Source: Prorocentrum cordatum
Lineage: Eukaryota
NCBI GenBank assembly: GCA_963575745.1
Contig: CAUYUJ010000048.1
Location: forward strand, 558,001-622,000
Direction of reading: 5' to 3'
DNA length: 64,000 nucleotides
The position numbers and the translations under genes are program-made. The notes beneath the pieces are model-generated. The model saw only the letters and a program-made list of their open reading frames with translations, had not been told where the DNA came from and did not search any database. Positions within the stretch are counted from its first letter, which is position 1. Each line of letters begins with the position of its first letter. Shown in pieces: positions 13,386 through 27,560 of the stretch.

Positions 13386-15435
13386 AGACTGGCCCGGGCC
13401 AGTCGATGCCCGACGTTTTCCATGGCATTCCTGGGGCTTCAGCAGGGCACGACGAGAGGGGAAAGTCGACGGCACGAGCTACGCAGCGGTTTCACAGGGG
13501 GAGTCCCGAGCATCGGCGGCCGAGTTGACGAACCAACAACACGCACCCATACCCATAGAGGGGTCGGAGAGGGCTATGGGTGCGTGTTGTCGGATGGGGG
13601 TCCCCGCTCGAACGGGAGCGTTCCCCAGGGTCCGACAACCCGCACCCATACCCAAAACCAGTCCTCCTCCCAACGACCCCCCTATGGGTATGGGTGTGTG
13701 TTGCTCGTTCGTCACGAGTGGCGAGAGATGTCGCTCAGAGGCCAAGCAGCGGAGCACACACAAGCGAGGAGTGCTTGGTGTTTGTCTTGCCGCGTGGGAC
13801 CGCAGGGCCCCGAGCGCGGAGGAGGTCCGCGGGGGAAGGAGGAGGAGGAGGAGGAGGAGGAGGAGGAGGAGGAGGAGGAGGAGAAGGGGAGGATGAAGAG
13901 GTGGAGGAGGAGGAGGAGGAGGAGGAGGAGGAGGAGGGCGGAGGAGGAGGGAGGAGAGGAGGAGGAGGCGGAGGAGGGGGAGGAGGAGGAGGAGGAGGAG
14001 CAGGAGGAGGAGGAGGAGGAGGAGGAGGAGAAGGAGGGGGAGGAGGAGGAGGAGGAGGAGGAGGAGGAGGAGGAGGAGGAGGAGGAGGAGGAGGAGGAGG
14101 AGGAGATGAGGCCAGCCCCGTCGTATCCATGGCTGGACCCGCCTCGACGTCCAAGTTGGACTGCGCTCCAGTAGAGGCCTCCAGCGGGCGAGCGCGCCAG
14201 CTAGAGCCCAGCATGCCTGGCCCTGGTGGCTATCCGCTTCCAAGCTGGGCGGGTGCTGGGGCCATGGTTGCATGGGGGAGCAGAGGGACGTTGACGGGGA
14301 GGGGGGGAGGCACGAGGCGGGGAGCAGGAGGGAGGAGGGAGAAGGGGTGATGCAGGAGGCAGGTCGGGGAGGGGATGCAGACGGGGGGGGGAGAAGGGAG
14401 GAAGCATCGGAAGCGAGAAGGAAGCGGGGGATCCCAGGGGCCTCAACAAGCGAGGGTCCGCTCCCCGCGAAGTGGGGCCGTGGGGAGCGGGGGTAGATTT
14501 TGTTGCTATCGGGGATGGGTTTCCACTGGTGTCTGGGGTTCGGTCGGTTCGGCTTCGTATCAGTCTGTTGCGTTCGGTCATTCCGGTTTGGTTTGCTGCT
14601 GTGCCGTCGTGGCATCGTTGCGCCGATCCAGGTTGCCTGCGGCCTGTCCGCTTCGGTCGCTTTGGGTTTCGTTGTCGGTTCGGTCGGTATTTGGGTCGCA
14701 CGGTCGCTGGATGCAGCCTGGGGTCCAGGGGTACAGTCAAACCGCATAGTAAGGATGAGCAACTTTCCAAGGTCACCCTTGCTTCCTTCCCCTTCGGTCC
14801 ATACGTGGCCGCTTTCGCTGGCCGCGCCCCGCTCGCAAAGTGTCGACGTGGCCTTTCAAGGCCCTCGCATGCTCAGCGTGCGTCCTTGTTGCACGGGCTG
14901 GCTGAGGAGAGGCTGGGCTGGGAGCGAGAGGTCTGAGGTCCGAGGCGGCAGCGAGGGCGACGAGGTGGGGCGCTTTTAAGGTGCGGGCCTGCGCTCTCGC
15001 GAGGGCACGAGGTGCGCCTCCTCGCCGACGGGAGCCTGCCGAAGTACGGTCGACCCGCATGGTCAGGACGAGCGACTTTCCAAGGTTACCCTGGCATCCT
15101 GGCTCTTTCGGCCCCATGTTTATCAGAGCGTGAATTACCTACCCCGCTTTCGCTTCCAGGCAAAACCAAGTCATACCACGCGCCTCCTCGTCAAGCGGCC
15201 TGATCAGTACGGGCCGTGGTTTGGCATCGCTTGGTACATCTTGGAAGCGAGGGTGGTCAAAAGCGAGGTAGGTTTGCTTGCCCCCTAGTTTAGCGACTTT
15301 CGCTGGCCAACCTCGTCCGAAGAACGTCAGCGTGGCCCTCCGAGGGCCCTTGCACCCTTACCGCGCATCCTTCCGATACGGGTTGGCTGTAAGCAGAACG
15401 TGTCGTTCCCATGCATCAAACGAAGATTCGGATGG

Positions 15436-15750
15436 TCGTCGTCGCCGCCCCGTCGCCGCCTCGTCGCCGCCCGTTCTTTGGGCCTTGGTGCCGGTCTGGC
15501 GGCTCCGTGGTCGCTGTCGCCACCTCGTTGCCGCCCGTCGTCTGAGCCTAGGTGCCAGTCTGGCGGCTCCGTGGTCGCCGGCACTTCCCCGTCGCCGCCT
15601 CGCTGCCGTCCGTCGTCTTGGCCTGGTTGCCGGTCTGGTGGCTCCGTGGTGGCCGTCGCCGCCCCGTCGCCGCCTCGTCGCCGCCCGTCGTCCGGGCCTG
15701 GGTGTCGGCCGAGTGGCTCCGTGATCGCCGTCGCTGCCCCGTCGCCGGCT
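15436..15750. repeat. Diverged ~65-75-bp GC-rich tandem repeat, ~4.5 copies
   Basis: GGCTCCGTG recurs at ~15501, 15565, 15640 and 15715, together with CCCCGTCGCCGCCTCG. Confidence 0.75.
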
Positions 15751-17269
15751 AGGTTGCACCATGCGGCAAGCCCCGCCACCGTGCCTGTGCAGAACCGCAG
15801 CAGGAATGATGCCGACGAGTAGTCTGCACTGGGGCGGTTCGTGATCCTGACCTCGTCTTCGTCCGCGCAGTAGCGAGGGCGAGGAGGAGGAGGAGGAGGA
15901 GGAGGAGGAGGACGAGGAAGAGGAAGAGGAGGAGGAGGAGGAGGAGGAGGAGGGAGAAAATGAGGATGAGAAAAAATGCTTCTTGGGGGCTTCTTGGGGC
16001 TATCTGGGGGCTTCCTGGGAGCTTACTGATAACTTCTTGGAAGCCTCTTGGAGCCTCCTGGGCCTTCTCAGGGGACTCTTGGTCCGTCTTACGCCTATGG
16101 AGGCTGCCGTGGGGGCCAGCCGTCTCGGGGCACTCTTGGGAGCCGCTTGGGCGATCTTTGGGTCCTCTTTGGCCGACTTCGAGCCCTCTTTGGGGCCTCT
16201 CTTGGCTGTCTTGGAGCTATCTTGGATGCTTCTTGGTGGCTTCTTGGGCCGTCTTGGTCGGTCTGAAGTCCAAACATGCCAGAACCTCAGAATCGTTCAA
16301 AAACTGAAGGACCATAAAAGGTTTGGGCCTCTTGGGGCTCTCCAGGAGGGCATCTTGGAAGCCTCTTGGGCCGTATTGGGGCTTCTTGATCTGTCTTGAG
16401 GCCGTTTTGGGAGCCTTTGGAGCCGTCTTGGGCCATCTTGAGCCATCTTGGCGTCATCTTTGCTGCCTTGAACCGTCCGGAGGCCATGAGGCTCCCATGA
16501 AGGCCTCAAGACAGATCACGAGACCCCCACGGCGGCCCAAGAGGTCTCCAATGGGCCCTCCAGGGGAGCCCGAGGATGCCAAAATCATTGATCTTCCATA
16601 TATTTTTGAAGGACTTTGAGGTCCTCACCTGGTCGGGCTTCCGACCGCCCAAGAAAGCCCGAGAGGACTCTCTATACGCCGTATTGTTGCTCTCGTGGAG
16701 GGCTGCATGGCCGTCTTGGGGTCCTCTTTGCTTTTGGGGTCCCTTGCTTGATCTTTGGGTCCTCTTGGGCTGAGGCCCTCTCGGGGGCCTCTTGGGCTGC
16801 CTTGGAGCTTTCCTTGAGGCCTCTTGGAAGCCTCTTGGGCCGTCTCGGGCGGTCTGAAGTCCGAACGTGCGAGAACCTCAACATCACAATCTTTCGAGCA
16901 CCTAAGGGAAGTCAGTGGTTTGGACCCCCCTCGGGCTCTCCAGGAAGGGTGCCGTCTTGAGGCCCGCTTGGGCTATCTGGAGCCGACTGGAGGCTCTCTT
17001 GAGATACTCTTGAGCTGCCTTTGGCCATTTAAGCCGGTTCGTGGACGTCTTGGTTGTCTTGAAAGCCGTCTTGGAGGCCATCTTAGCCCTCCCGATGCCG
17101 CCGGCAAGACCGCCAGACGACAATGCCAAACGGGGCGTTTTTTCAGGGGTGCGCGCGGGGAGGGGGATGGCCCCCGAAACTTTACAGGATCTCACACCAG
17201 ACAACGAGACGCACCCTAACACGCCCACTCCGTGCAGGCACGGTGCCGGATCGATTGAACCACGCGCAT

Positions 17270-17565
17270 CGCACAACATAGTTTGCACAGCATAGATTGC
17301 ACCACATAGGTTACACCACGTAGTTTGCACGACATACTATTGCACCACGTATAGTGCACAACCGATTTTTCACTACACATGTTGCGCACCTTATGTTGCA
17401 CAACGTAGATCACACCACGTATATTGCACCACGTTGATTGCACTCCACATATTGCACACCATGTGTTGCATGGCATAGGTTGCACAACATATATAGGAAA
17501 GCATGTATTGCTCTACATTTATTGCACCATTTAGATTGCAATCCAGATGTTGCACAACATAGATT
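17270..17565. repeat. Diverged ~14-16-bp minisatellite (TTGCACMACRTAG)
   Basis: TTGCAC/TGCACAAC/TGCACCAC recur roughly every 14-16 nt. Confidence 0.8.
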
Positions 17566-18337
17566 GCTAGACAGACACCATCTGGGGTCCACTCTGTCGA
17601 ACATGCTTCTTGATGATTTTATTCGCACGGGTTCGGACAACGACTGAGTCGGGACCGCCCAAAACAAAAGGTGTACTTGTCCCGCGGTTTGCCCCAACTT
17701 CTCGCACCGTTCTGGAGCTCTTGGGCAGGAGTCTTGGGCACACCCTGAGCCAAGGACAGCTTCGAGACGGTGTCCACGGAGCCCTGGGCAGCTTCCCAGG
17801 GCCAGGACCCCTCTGGCCACACTCTGGCCACGGAGGAGGAAAAGGAGAAGGAGAAGGAGGGGGAGGAGGAGGAGGAGGAGGAGGAGGAGGAGGAGGAGGA
17901 GGAGAGGAGGGGGGAGGAGGACAAGCTATGTGCGCTCGCGTCATATCTGACGTCCTACCCTCCCTCCCATCCCTTACCATGGCGCTGATTTTCTCTATCC
18001 GCGGACGCGTGTCGTAGCGGTCCTGTGGCTCCGCGCGCGCGTGCGTAGTGGGTGCGTGGTGGCGTGCGTGCGTGCCGCGTGTGTGCGTGGTGGTGGTGGT
18101 GGTGGTGGTGGTGGTGGTGGTGGTGGTTGGTGGTGCTGGTGCAGGTGGTGGTGGTGGTGGTGGTGGTGGTGGTGGTGGTGGTGTGTGTGTGTGTGTGTGT
18201 GTGTGTCTGTGCGTGTGTGCGTGTGTGCGCGTGTGCTGTGGTGTGACGTGGTGTGGCGTCTTGGTGGTTTGGTGGTGGGCCAGGTGCGTGCGTGCGTGAT
18301 GGCGGTGGTGGTGGTGGCGGTGGTGGTGGTGGTGATG

Positions 18338-18441
<104 letters not shown>

Positions 18442-18451
18442 TGCGTGGGTG

Positions 18452-18511
<60 letters not shown>

Positions 18512-19996
18512 TGGTGTGCGTGCGTGTGTCTGTGTGCGCGCGCGTGTGATGTGGTGTGACGCGGTGTAGCGTGGTGGTGGGGGTGGGGTAGTGGGGTGGT
18601 GGTGGCGGTGCGCGTGCGTGCGAGCGTGCGTGCGTTGGTGGGTGGGAGTTGCGGTGGGCGGGGCGGGGCGCGGTGCGGTGGTGGCGGGCGGATGGGCGCG
18701 CGAGAAAGAGGCCCGCGCTGGGGCGAGAACGCCATCCTGAACGACGGAGGCAAAACACCCATCCGAAAATGAGACCCACGCTGCAGCGGGAGCACGATTC
18801 GGAACGAGCGGGGCCCGAAAATGAGACCGGCGCCTCAGCGAGAGCAGCATTTTGGGAAAAAAAATGCAGGCGAAAACCAAACTCCAGGGAAACTTGTGTG
18901 CAAAAAAACAGTACGCGGGGGGGGCGGCTACTCCCAAGACGTCACCAGGGGAACAGGGAGAGTAGTATTCATATTGAGTAATTGTGGAGGAGGAGGCGGA
19001 GGAGGAGGAGGAGGAGGAGGAGGAGGGGGGAGGAGGGGGCGGGAGGAGGAGGAGGAGGAGGGGGAGGAGGAGGAGGAGCAGGAGGAGGAGGCGGAGGTGG
19101 AGGAGGATGAGGATGAGGAGGAGGAGGAGGAGGGGGTGAGGAGGAGGAGGAGGGCAGGAGGAGAGGAGGAGGAGGATGGAGGAGGAGGAGGAGGAGGAGG
19201 GGAGGAGCGAGGAGGAGAGGGAGGGGGAGGAGCAGGAGGTGGAGGAGGTAGGGGGAGGAGCAGGAGGAGGAGGGAGGCGGAGGAGGAGGGGAGGGGGAGG
19301 AGCAGGAGGCAGGAGGAGGAGGGTGAGGAGGAGGGCAGGCAGGAGGAGGAGGAGGAGGAGGAGGAGGAGGAGGAGGACAACGAGTTTGGGGCACTGAGGG
19401 CGGAGGCCCTTCCCCAGCGCCGTTGCGTCCAGAGGGGCGGAGGGCGGCGCCACGGGCAGCCACGTGTGAACGCTGCCCCATGCTGTTCAGCCGGGCACGT
19501 CCCTCTGCAGGAGGAGTGGGAGGAGGAGGAGGAGGAGGAGGAGGAGGAGGAGGAGGAGGAGGAGGAGGACAACGAGTAGGAGGAGTAGTCGAACATAGCC
19601 AAAAAATAGTCTCGGGACGTTTTGTCGATTACTTTTTGAGACTTTTTGGGCTATCCTGATTTGTTTCTCCACAGGGCGCCTGCAGGAGGACCTGCCCGAC
19701 CCGGCCCTAATGCCAACCGATTCGCCCAGGCCTCCGCGCGCCGTGGGAGCGTCACCACGGGAAGGTTTTCGTCTGAGCAGTGCTTTTGCCCCTGGGGACG
19801 CTTGCCCTGCCCAGGATCGTCCGCCCCTCTGTCCGAATGGAGCACCGGCCCCGGGAAGCGGTCGAGACGTCGGGGGGCTCACGATGCAGGAAGAACAGGT
19901 CAGCGGGGGTCTGGGTGAGTCGTTTGGAACAGTATAGGGTTTCACCAAGGGTGGTTCCGACACTGCGAGCGGGCACGGGCGCACCAGAATTCAGCG

Positions 19997-20163
19997 AGCG
20001 AAGAACGGTATAACATAAACTTTCCGCCGTCGGGGACACCTGCCCCTGGGCGGCTGGAAAGTTTAATACCCCTACTGTGCCACCGTAAGGGTATAAACTT
20101 TCCAGCCGCCCTGGGACAGGCGCCCCCGACAGCGAAACAGTTTATTGTACACCGTTCTTCGCC
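19997..20163. repeat. Long imperfect palindrome (~78-bp arms, 9-nt loop)
   Basis: GCGAAGAACGGT...GGGCGGCTGGAAAGTTTAATACCCCTAC pairs with GTAAGGGTATAAACTTTCCAGCCGCCC...ACCGTTCTTCGC. Confidence 0.85.
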
Positions 20164-21030
20164 CGTTAAAGAATACTGCACCACCGGTGGTCAGCCCCTG
20201 CTGGGCCAGATCGGTGTGCAGAAGAGGAAGGGTTTACATGTGGTTGCCCTGCCATGGACTCGGCACTGCCAGCCGGCACACCGTCGGGGCCGCGGCCGGT
20301 CGTGCTGAGCAGCCCGCACGGCTGGGCGAACACGACGCGCCTGACCACCCTCGCCGTCCAGGAGGCCGGAAAAGCCTTGCGCGTGGGAAGAGGACCTTCA
20401 GAGCGTGAATTAGACCTTGGCGTCCCCCCATCTCGGCGCCTCGAACAAATCGAGACGGCCACCCAGGCGCCATGCTTGCCGTCTGGAGGCCAGATCTGGC
20501 CCCGTCAGAACACGAGCCGGTAGGGAGGCCAAAGGGTACTGGTACCGTTGCTCCCCAGACCTCTCCCGGGCTGAGTTCTGACCAGGATTTCGAGGCGAAT
20601 CCAGCGGTGGCGACGAGGGCCGCCCGGGAGGCCCCCAAAAAGGGGAAACCGAGGGAAGGGTAGAGGTATGAACACTCTTTTGTGAATACTTTTTCCTCTT
20701 CTGACCCGGGGCGAGCAACTGCCCCTGGGGAAGGGGTTGAGAGGTCCAGGGGCCACGGGACGAATGGACGCGCCGGATGATTGGGCGCTGGAGGCGCTCG
20801 GGGAGGGAAGCGCGTGGTGTCGGGCGGGTGGTAATAACAAGCAGTGACTGAGCGGTTTGGCTTGCCCATAGGCCCACCAAATAATGTTATACGACAATTT
20901 GTCCCACGTCCTAAGTGGGGTTCTCGTGTTCCCCACCTCCTAAGTGGGGTTATTGTTTTCTCTGAACGCATCGCGCAGTCCTCCTCCTCACCCTCTCTCC
21001 TCCTCACACGCTCACACAACATCGGAATCG

Positions 21031-21075
<45 letters not shown>

Positions 21076-21110
21076 GCATCAGCATCAGCATCAGCATCAG
21101 CATCAGCATC

Positions 21111-21166
<56 letters not shown>

Positions 21167-21269
21167 TAGCATCATCACTATCCTCATCATCCACATCACA
21201 ACCATCACAATCATCATCATCATCATCTGCCACCCCACTACATCGTCACTCATCATCATCATCAGCATC

Positions 21270-21336
<67 letters not shown>

Positions 21337-21353
21337 TCATCATCATCATCATC
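21031..21353. repeat. (ATC)n/(GTC)n microsatellite; (GAC)n tracts at 7157-7366 and 10240-10328
   Basis: Direct trinucleotide periodicity. Confidence 0.95.
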
Positions 21354-21619
21354 CAGTCACTCTCTCATTTATGTTCTCTGCACACTTCCGGGCAAGAGAC
21401 TCCCACCTATTCTGCACACTCATCTTCTTCAGTACCACCATTTTCATCATCAGCCCACACTAATTCATAATCATCAGCACACGCGCTCATTCATCATCAC
21501 CACCGTCATCATTACATTCGCAGACCTCCTCATCAGTGCCACTATCACCAGTGTACCATCACCATCACTATCATCACACATTCATCACCATCACCATGCA
21601 ATCCTGATCATCGACCAAG

Positions 21620-24345
21620 AGGGAGATTCGTCTGTGAGTGAATTGCAAGCAAGTCTCAGGTGGGAACCCCTCAGGGGGTCCGCACTTCATGTTGGTAATC
21701 CGAGTGGGCCATCGGGATCCTGTAATTGTCGTCACTTTTCAGCTCCTCTTGATTGAACATGGAGCAAAGCAAGTCTTAGGCAGGAGCTTTGTCTGTGAGT
21801 GAATTGCAAGGAAGTCTCAGGCGGCAGGCCCATTCGGGTGGGGTCCGCACTGCATGTTGGTAATTCCAACGGGTCATCGGGATCCTGTGATTGTCGTCAC
21901 TTTTCGGTTCCTCTGGACTGAATGTGGAGGGAATCTTAGGCGGGAGCTTCGTCTGTGAGTGACTTGCGAGGAGGTCTCAGGCGGGAGCTCCCTCGCTAGT
22001 TGTCATCGCTTTGCAGCTTTTCTAGATTGAGTATGAAGGAGATCTCATGCCCGAGCTTCGTTTGTGAGTGAATTGCGAGGAAGTCTCAGGCGGGAGCCCC
22101 CTCCCTATGCGATCTGCATTTCGTGTTGGCAGTCCGAGCGGTTCATCGGAGACCTTGCAGTTGTCGTCACTTTCCAGCTCCTCTGGATTTAATATGGAGG
22201 ACGTCTCAGGCCGGAGCTTCGTCTGTGAGTGAATTGCGGGGAGATCTCAGGCGGGAGCCCCCTTCCTATGCGATCCTTCATGTTATGATGTTCCAACCTA
22301 CGTTAGCCTTGATCAAGAGAAAGAATTTCGAGCCCCCCCAGGAAGTACCGAAACTCAATGGTTTTCACGTGCCGGTCCCTGGGAGACACTCGCCCGACAT
22401 TGTTTCGACACTCTTTTGACAGTTTTTCCGGGTGCTCGAAATTAGGTCCTTAAGTAGGATGGGAACAAGATAAACTTCATGTTGGGAACCCGAGCGGGTC
22501 ATCGGAAGCTTGTAGCTGTCGTCATTGTTCTGCTCCTCTGGACTGATTTCGGATTCCAGGGCTGAGGCGGAGCAGCTCACGGCGGAGGTGAACTTCGTGT
22601 TGCCTCCCGCCTGGGCTCGGCTGCGAGTAACTCGGTGCCTGCGGGGTTGTCCCAAAGGCTTGCTTTCGCACCCAAGCGGTTCGCGGGGTTGACCCAACGG
22701 CCGTTGCCCCGACGGTTTCGCGATATTACCATCGGAGAAGGCGCCCCTGCCGGGCGCGGCGGCGATGTCGCCGAGGAAAATCGGCATTCGCCCCCCCTGC
22801 CAGGAGGAAGGGGAGGCGCATGAGGAAAACAGGCGAGACGCTGACGACGGGGGAGGGGCGAAGGAGGAGGTGGAGGAAAAGGAGGAAGAGGAGGAAAAGG
22901 ACGAAGAGGAAGAAAACACATTGAACAAAGAAGGCGAGCAGAAGGAGGAGACGGATGACGAGGAAAACAAGGAGGATGAGGAGGAGGCGCAACAGAGGGC
23001 GAGACGGGGGGCTTCGGTCAGGGCGAAGAGCAAAAACGGAAGGGCATTGTAAATACATTATCATGTGGGGTCCTACCGTCGGATGAATATTTCGGCACCA
23101 CGCGCAGTCTCCCTCCTCCTCCTCCTCCTCCTCCTACTCACTCCCTCTCATCCCCACACATTCACACAACATCATCATTGCCATCACCATCATCGCCGTC
23201 ACCATCCTACTCGCAAGCACCACATCCACCATCATCTGTCATCCCACTACGTCCTCAATCATCATAATCCACATATCATCTCCTTCGTTCATTTGTCCCC
23301 ATCACCCATATTCATGTCTTGATCCTATCATGATCATGGATCATCATCATCGTCATCGTCACCCGCGCACACATCCAGCGTCATTGCTTCCACCACCCCG
23401 TCACGATCATCGACCAAGAGGGGCTTTGTTTGTAAGTACATCGCGATGACGTTTCGTGCTGGAACCCCATCCTTATGGGGTCCGCACTTCATGTTGGTAA
23501 TCCGATTTGTTCAGCGGGATATTGTACTTGCCGTCTTTGTTCGGCTTTCCAGGGTTGAGTATGGAGGAAATCTCCTGCGGGAGTTTATTCCGTGAGTGAA
23601 TTGCGACGAGGACGTGTCAGGCGGGAACCCTTTCCCTAGACGGTCCGCGCTTCATGTTGATAAGCCGAGCGGGGCATCATAATCCTGTAATTTGCAGCAT
23701 TTTTCGGCTCCTCTGGACTGAATATGGAGGAAGTCTCCGGCGGGAGCTTCGTCTGTGAGTGCATTGCGGAGAAGTCTCAGGCGGGACCCCCCCCCAATTG
23801 GGGTCCGCATATGATGTTGGCAATCCGAACGCTTCATCGGGATGTTGTAATTGTCGTCACTTCTCGTATCCTCCGGATGGAATGCTCAGGACGTCTCCGG
23901 CGGTAACTTCGTCTGTGAGTGAATTGCGACGAGGAAATCTCCCGAGAGACTTTTCCCCTTGGGGTCCGCATTGCGCGTTTGCAACCCGAGCGGGTTATCG
24001 GGATCTTGTAATTGTCGTCGCCTTTTCGGCTTCTCTGGGTTGAGCATGGTGGAACTTTTTGGCGGGAGCTTCGTCTGTGAGTGAATTGCGGGAAAGTTAC
24101 AGGCGGGACCCCCCCCCCACTATGGGGTCCGCACTTCGTGTTGGTAAACCGAGCGGGTCATCGGAATCTTGTAAGCGTCGTCATTTTTCGACTCCTGTGG
24201 CTTGAATGTGGAGGAACTCTCTGGCGAGGGCTTCGTCTGTGAGTGAATTGCGGGGGAGTCTTCGGCGAGAGCCGCCCCTTATGGGGTCCGCATTTCGTGT
24301 TGGGAGCCCGAGCGGGTCATCGGAAGCTTGTATTTGTCGTTTTCT
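21620..24345. repeat. Two blocks of a diverged ~160-bp tandem repeat (21620-22560 and 23420-24345)
   Basis: Anchor GTCTGTGAGTGAATTGC at ~21630, 21791, 21951, 22060, 22221 and ~23590, 23751, 23911, 24073, 24235. Confidence 0.9.
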
Positions 24346-27279
24346 GTTTGGCTCCAACGGCTTGCTCTCGCGCCCCAGCGGTTCGCCGGGTTGTCCCAAC
24401 GGCCGTTGCCCCGACGGTTTCGCGATCTGCCATCGGAGAACGGTCCCCTGCCGGGCGCGGCGGCGAGGGCGCTGAGGAAAATTGGCATGCGCCCCCCTGC
24501 CAGGAGGAAGGGGAGGTGCATGAGGAGAACACGCGGGGTGCTGATGCCAGAGGAGGGGGGAGGAGGAGGAGGAGGAGGAGGAGGAGGTGGAGGAGGAAGA
24601 GGAGGAGGAGGAGGAGGAGGAGGAGGAGGTGGAGGAAAAGGAGGAAGAGGACGAAGAGGAACAGGACATATTGAATAAGGAGGGCGAGCAAGAGAAGGAG
24701 AAGGAGGACGAGGAAGACAAGGAAGATGAAGGGGAGGCGCAACAGAGGGCGATGCGGGGGGCTCCGGCCCGGGCGTAGAGGGAACACCGAAGGGCAATCG
24801 AGATGTATTGTCGCGCTGGCTCCTACCGTCGGAGCAATGTGACTTGCGCGACGCGTTCTTAGAACAGTTACGGCTGGACCCATATTGGTTTAACACGTCG
24901 AATGTATGTTATATGTGCACCGTTTTTGGTCATAGAACAGTTTTGTTGGTTTCTGAAAACATGCGGTTGTAGGCCTATACGAATGCCTGGACGGTCGGTC
25001 CCTGTTCAAGAACGGGGGGTGGCCAAGTTGGGAGTGAAACGCAAGGCCTTCGAGTGGCCATTTCGGGCCCCTTTTTGGAGCCAACTGGTGGCCAAACGGG
25101 GCCCTCAAGGGCCCCTTGAGGGCCTTTGCCTTCACAGCCCACGTGGGCCACCTCCTGCTACCAATTCGCCCCCGATGGTGTGGGGGGGCCTTGCAGGGGC
25201 CCAGGACCTGGCCGAGACAGGCGCGTTCCCCCAGAGCGCCGACCGCAGCAGTCCGATGTGTTGCGAATCGGCGGGGCTGTCGGCCAGCGCCCAGTACGGC
25301 TGCGTGTGGTTCCCCTGAGATCCAGACATCGTCCAGTCTCAAGCCCCGGGGCCTTCGCGGGTCGATCCGGCTCGAGACATGCCCCTGAAGGATGAGATGG
25401 CTGGTTCAGGCTTTGATCTCTCGACTTGTCGAGATTGCCCTTGCGTGCTTCCCCTTCGGCCCATTCGTGGCCGCTTTCGCTGGTCGCGCCCCGCTCGCAA
25501 AAGCGTCGGCATGGCATTCCAAGGCCCTTGCATCCTTATCGCGCGTCCTTCTTATCCAATGGCCTTCGTCCCATCCCGCCACCGTACCTGGGTTGTGAGT
25601 ATGAAGCGTCTTGGATGCTCGTCGGGATCTTGTGGGAGGCCTTTCAGGGGCCTGTTGGACGCAGTTTGGTGGCCTCTTCGGGGCCGTCTTGGGGCCCCGC
25701 TTGGGGCCTGTTTGGGGCCTCCGGGGCCTCCTGGGCGCGGTTCGGCGACCGCGCGCCAGGTCCGCGCACCCCCAGGATGTCCGCAGCGGGCGCCCGCGTC
25801 AAAGTTCAGCTTGGGCCTCGCCATTTCCATGATGGCCCCCGTCAGGCCAACCCCGAGTCCCCCGTACCCGAGCCTTCCAGTCGGGGCCCTGAAGAAGGAA
25901 CGCTTTTCGTTGGGGAGGGGCTCGGTGTTCCTTGATTGTTTTACAGTTTGCCTCGGGTTCCCCTTAGGTTTTAGTATGGGAAATCGAAATTTAACTTATG
26001 GAAAAGAGGGGCCTCGTTCCTTGTTCAGGGTTCCTTAGGTCAACGCCCCGACTGTACGTCTCCCGGACAACCCGGCGTGCGCCCGACGGGCCCGCCCTGC
26101 ACGCCATGGCCTCTCCGAGCGCCGCGGGCCTCTCGCGCGGGGCTCCTCCCCGCGCGCAAAGCCACGGGTTTCTCGAGCCCCCCCCCCGCGGGTGCCCGAC
26201 GCCCTCCCGGGCCCCCGCCGGGGGCGCCCGGGCCCCGTGCCCACGGGGTCTTCGGTCGAGTCGGGCGTGCCCCTCTACAGAAGGGATCTCCGAAAACAGT
26301 CCGCAAGCAGAGTCTGGGGGGCGGTTTGTGTGCCACGATGTTTGCTGATGGTGGGGGCATGTTTTTTGTTTCGCTAATGGAGGATGATGATTAAAAAATG
26401 ACCGGAGGTCGTGTTCACGCGGCGGCGCCCGGGATGATGATTAGAAAAAACCGGCCCCGGGTTGGGAAACTATTTTTTAATCGTCCCCACCCACCCCCCC
26501 CGCCGTCCTCGGGCGCACGCCCCCCCCCGGTGACGAAACACCGCACAGGCGAGCCCTGCTTCTGAGCGGTCCCCCCCGGTGCGGGAAACTATTTTTTTCA
26601 TCGTTTCCCCCGTCCTTTTTCTCTTAATCGTCATCCCACATTACTTTTCTCTTTTTCCGCCCAAGATCCGCCTGCATGCAGCTGATTTCGGCCTCACCGA
26701 GGGGCCCATTCCTCGATACATAGCCGCCTCCGGCGCCGGGAGGCGCCTGGAAAATCAGCTACGTGAGCTGATTCTCAAACCCCCCCTTTGCTATCCCCCC
26801 GTTTCGCCCGACCCGAAGGGAGCCCCGCGCGGCCTGAGCTCAAGGGACCTTCCGCCCTCCTGCCGTCGCCAGGGCCCGGCAGGTGGAGCGGCGCCTGGCG
26901 CACGCGGGGGCAGCCTCGAAGAGCAGGGCACGGCACAGAAAGCGTAGCTTCGCGGAGTTCCGCGCGGAGTGCTTTCCTCCTCCTCCTCCTCCTCCTCCTC
27001 CTCTCATCCTCCTCGCCTCTCTCCTCCCTCCTCCCCCTTCCCCTCCTCCTCCTCCCCCTTCCCCTCCCCCTCCCTCTCCCCCTCACCCCCCCTCCTCCTC
27101 CTCCTCCTCCTCCTCGGGTCGGCGCTGGGCCGTCCCCCCGCGGCGCGCCTCCGGCGCATCCCCATGAGGCGCACCTCGCGCGCCATGGAGGGGGGGGCCA
27201 GCGCCGGCCCAGGAAGTCCGTGCAGACCGTCGAGCGTTTGATATGTTTTCTGTTGCCGCCTGTTCTTCCTCCACGTCTG

Positions 27280-27560
27280 CGCTCGGGAGGGCGCTCGCGA
27301 AGCTGGAGGGCCGCCGCCTGCGCGACGGCCTCGTGGGCCTGCACCGGCACTCCAGCCTGGGCTCCTGCGCGCACGCGCGCGGCCACGCCGAGGACATGCT
27401 TCAGAGGCTGCAGGGCATCGTTGACTCCTTCGACGTGGAGGCGGACAGCGCCGTGGAGAAGATCCTGCAGGACACCCTGGGCGAAGACGGGTCGCTGGGC
27501 GAGGATCCAGATACATGGCCAGTCTGCGCCTTCGCCGGGCACGTGAGCGCGGCAGCCTGA
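27280..27560 (+). other. Possible isolated exon or gene fragment, function unknown
   Basis: Non-repetitive GC3-rich codons (…AEDMLQRLQGIVDSFDVEADSAVEKILQDTLGEDG…); no recognisable motif or splice context. Confidence 0.3.
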
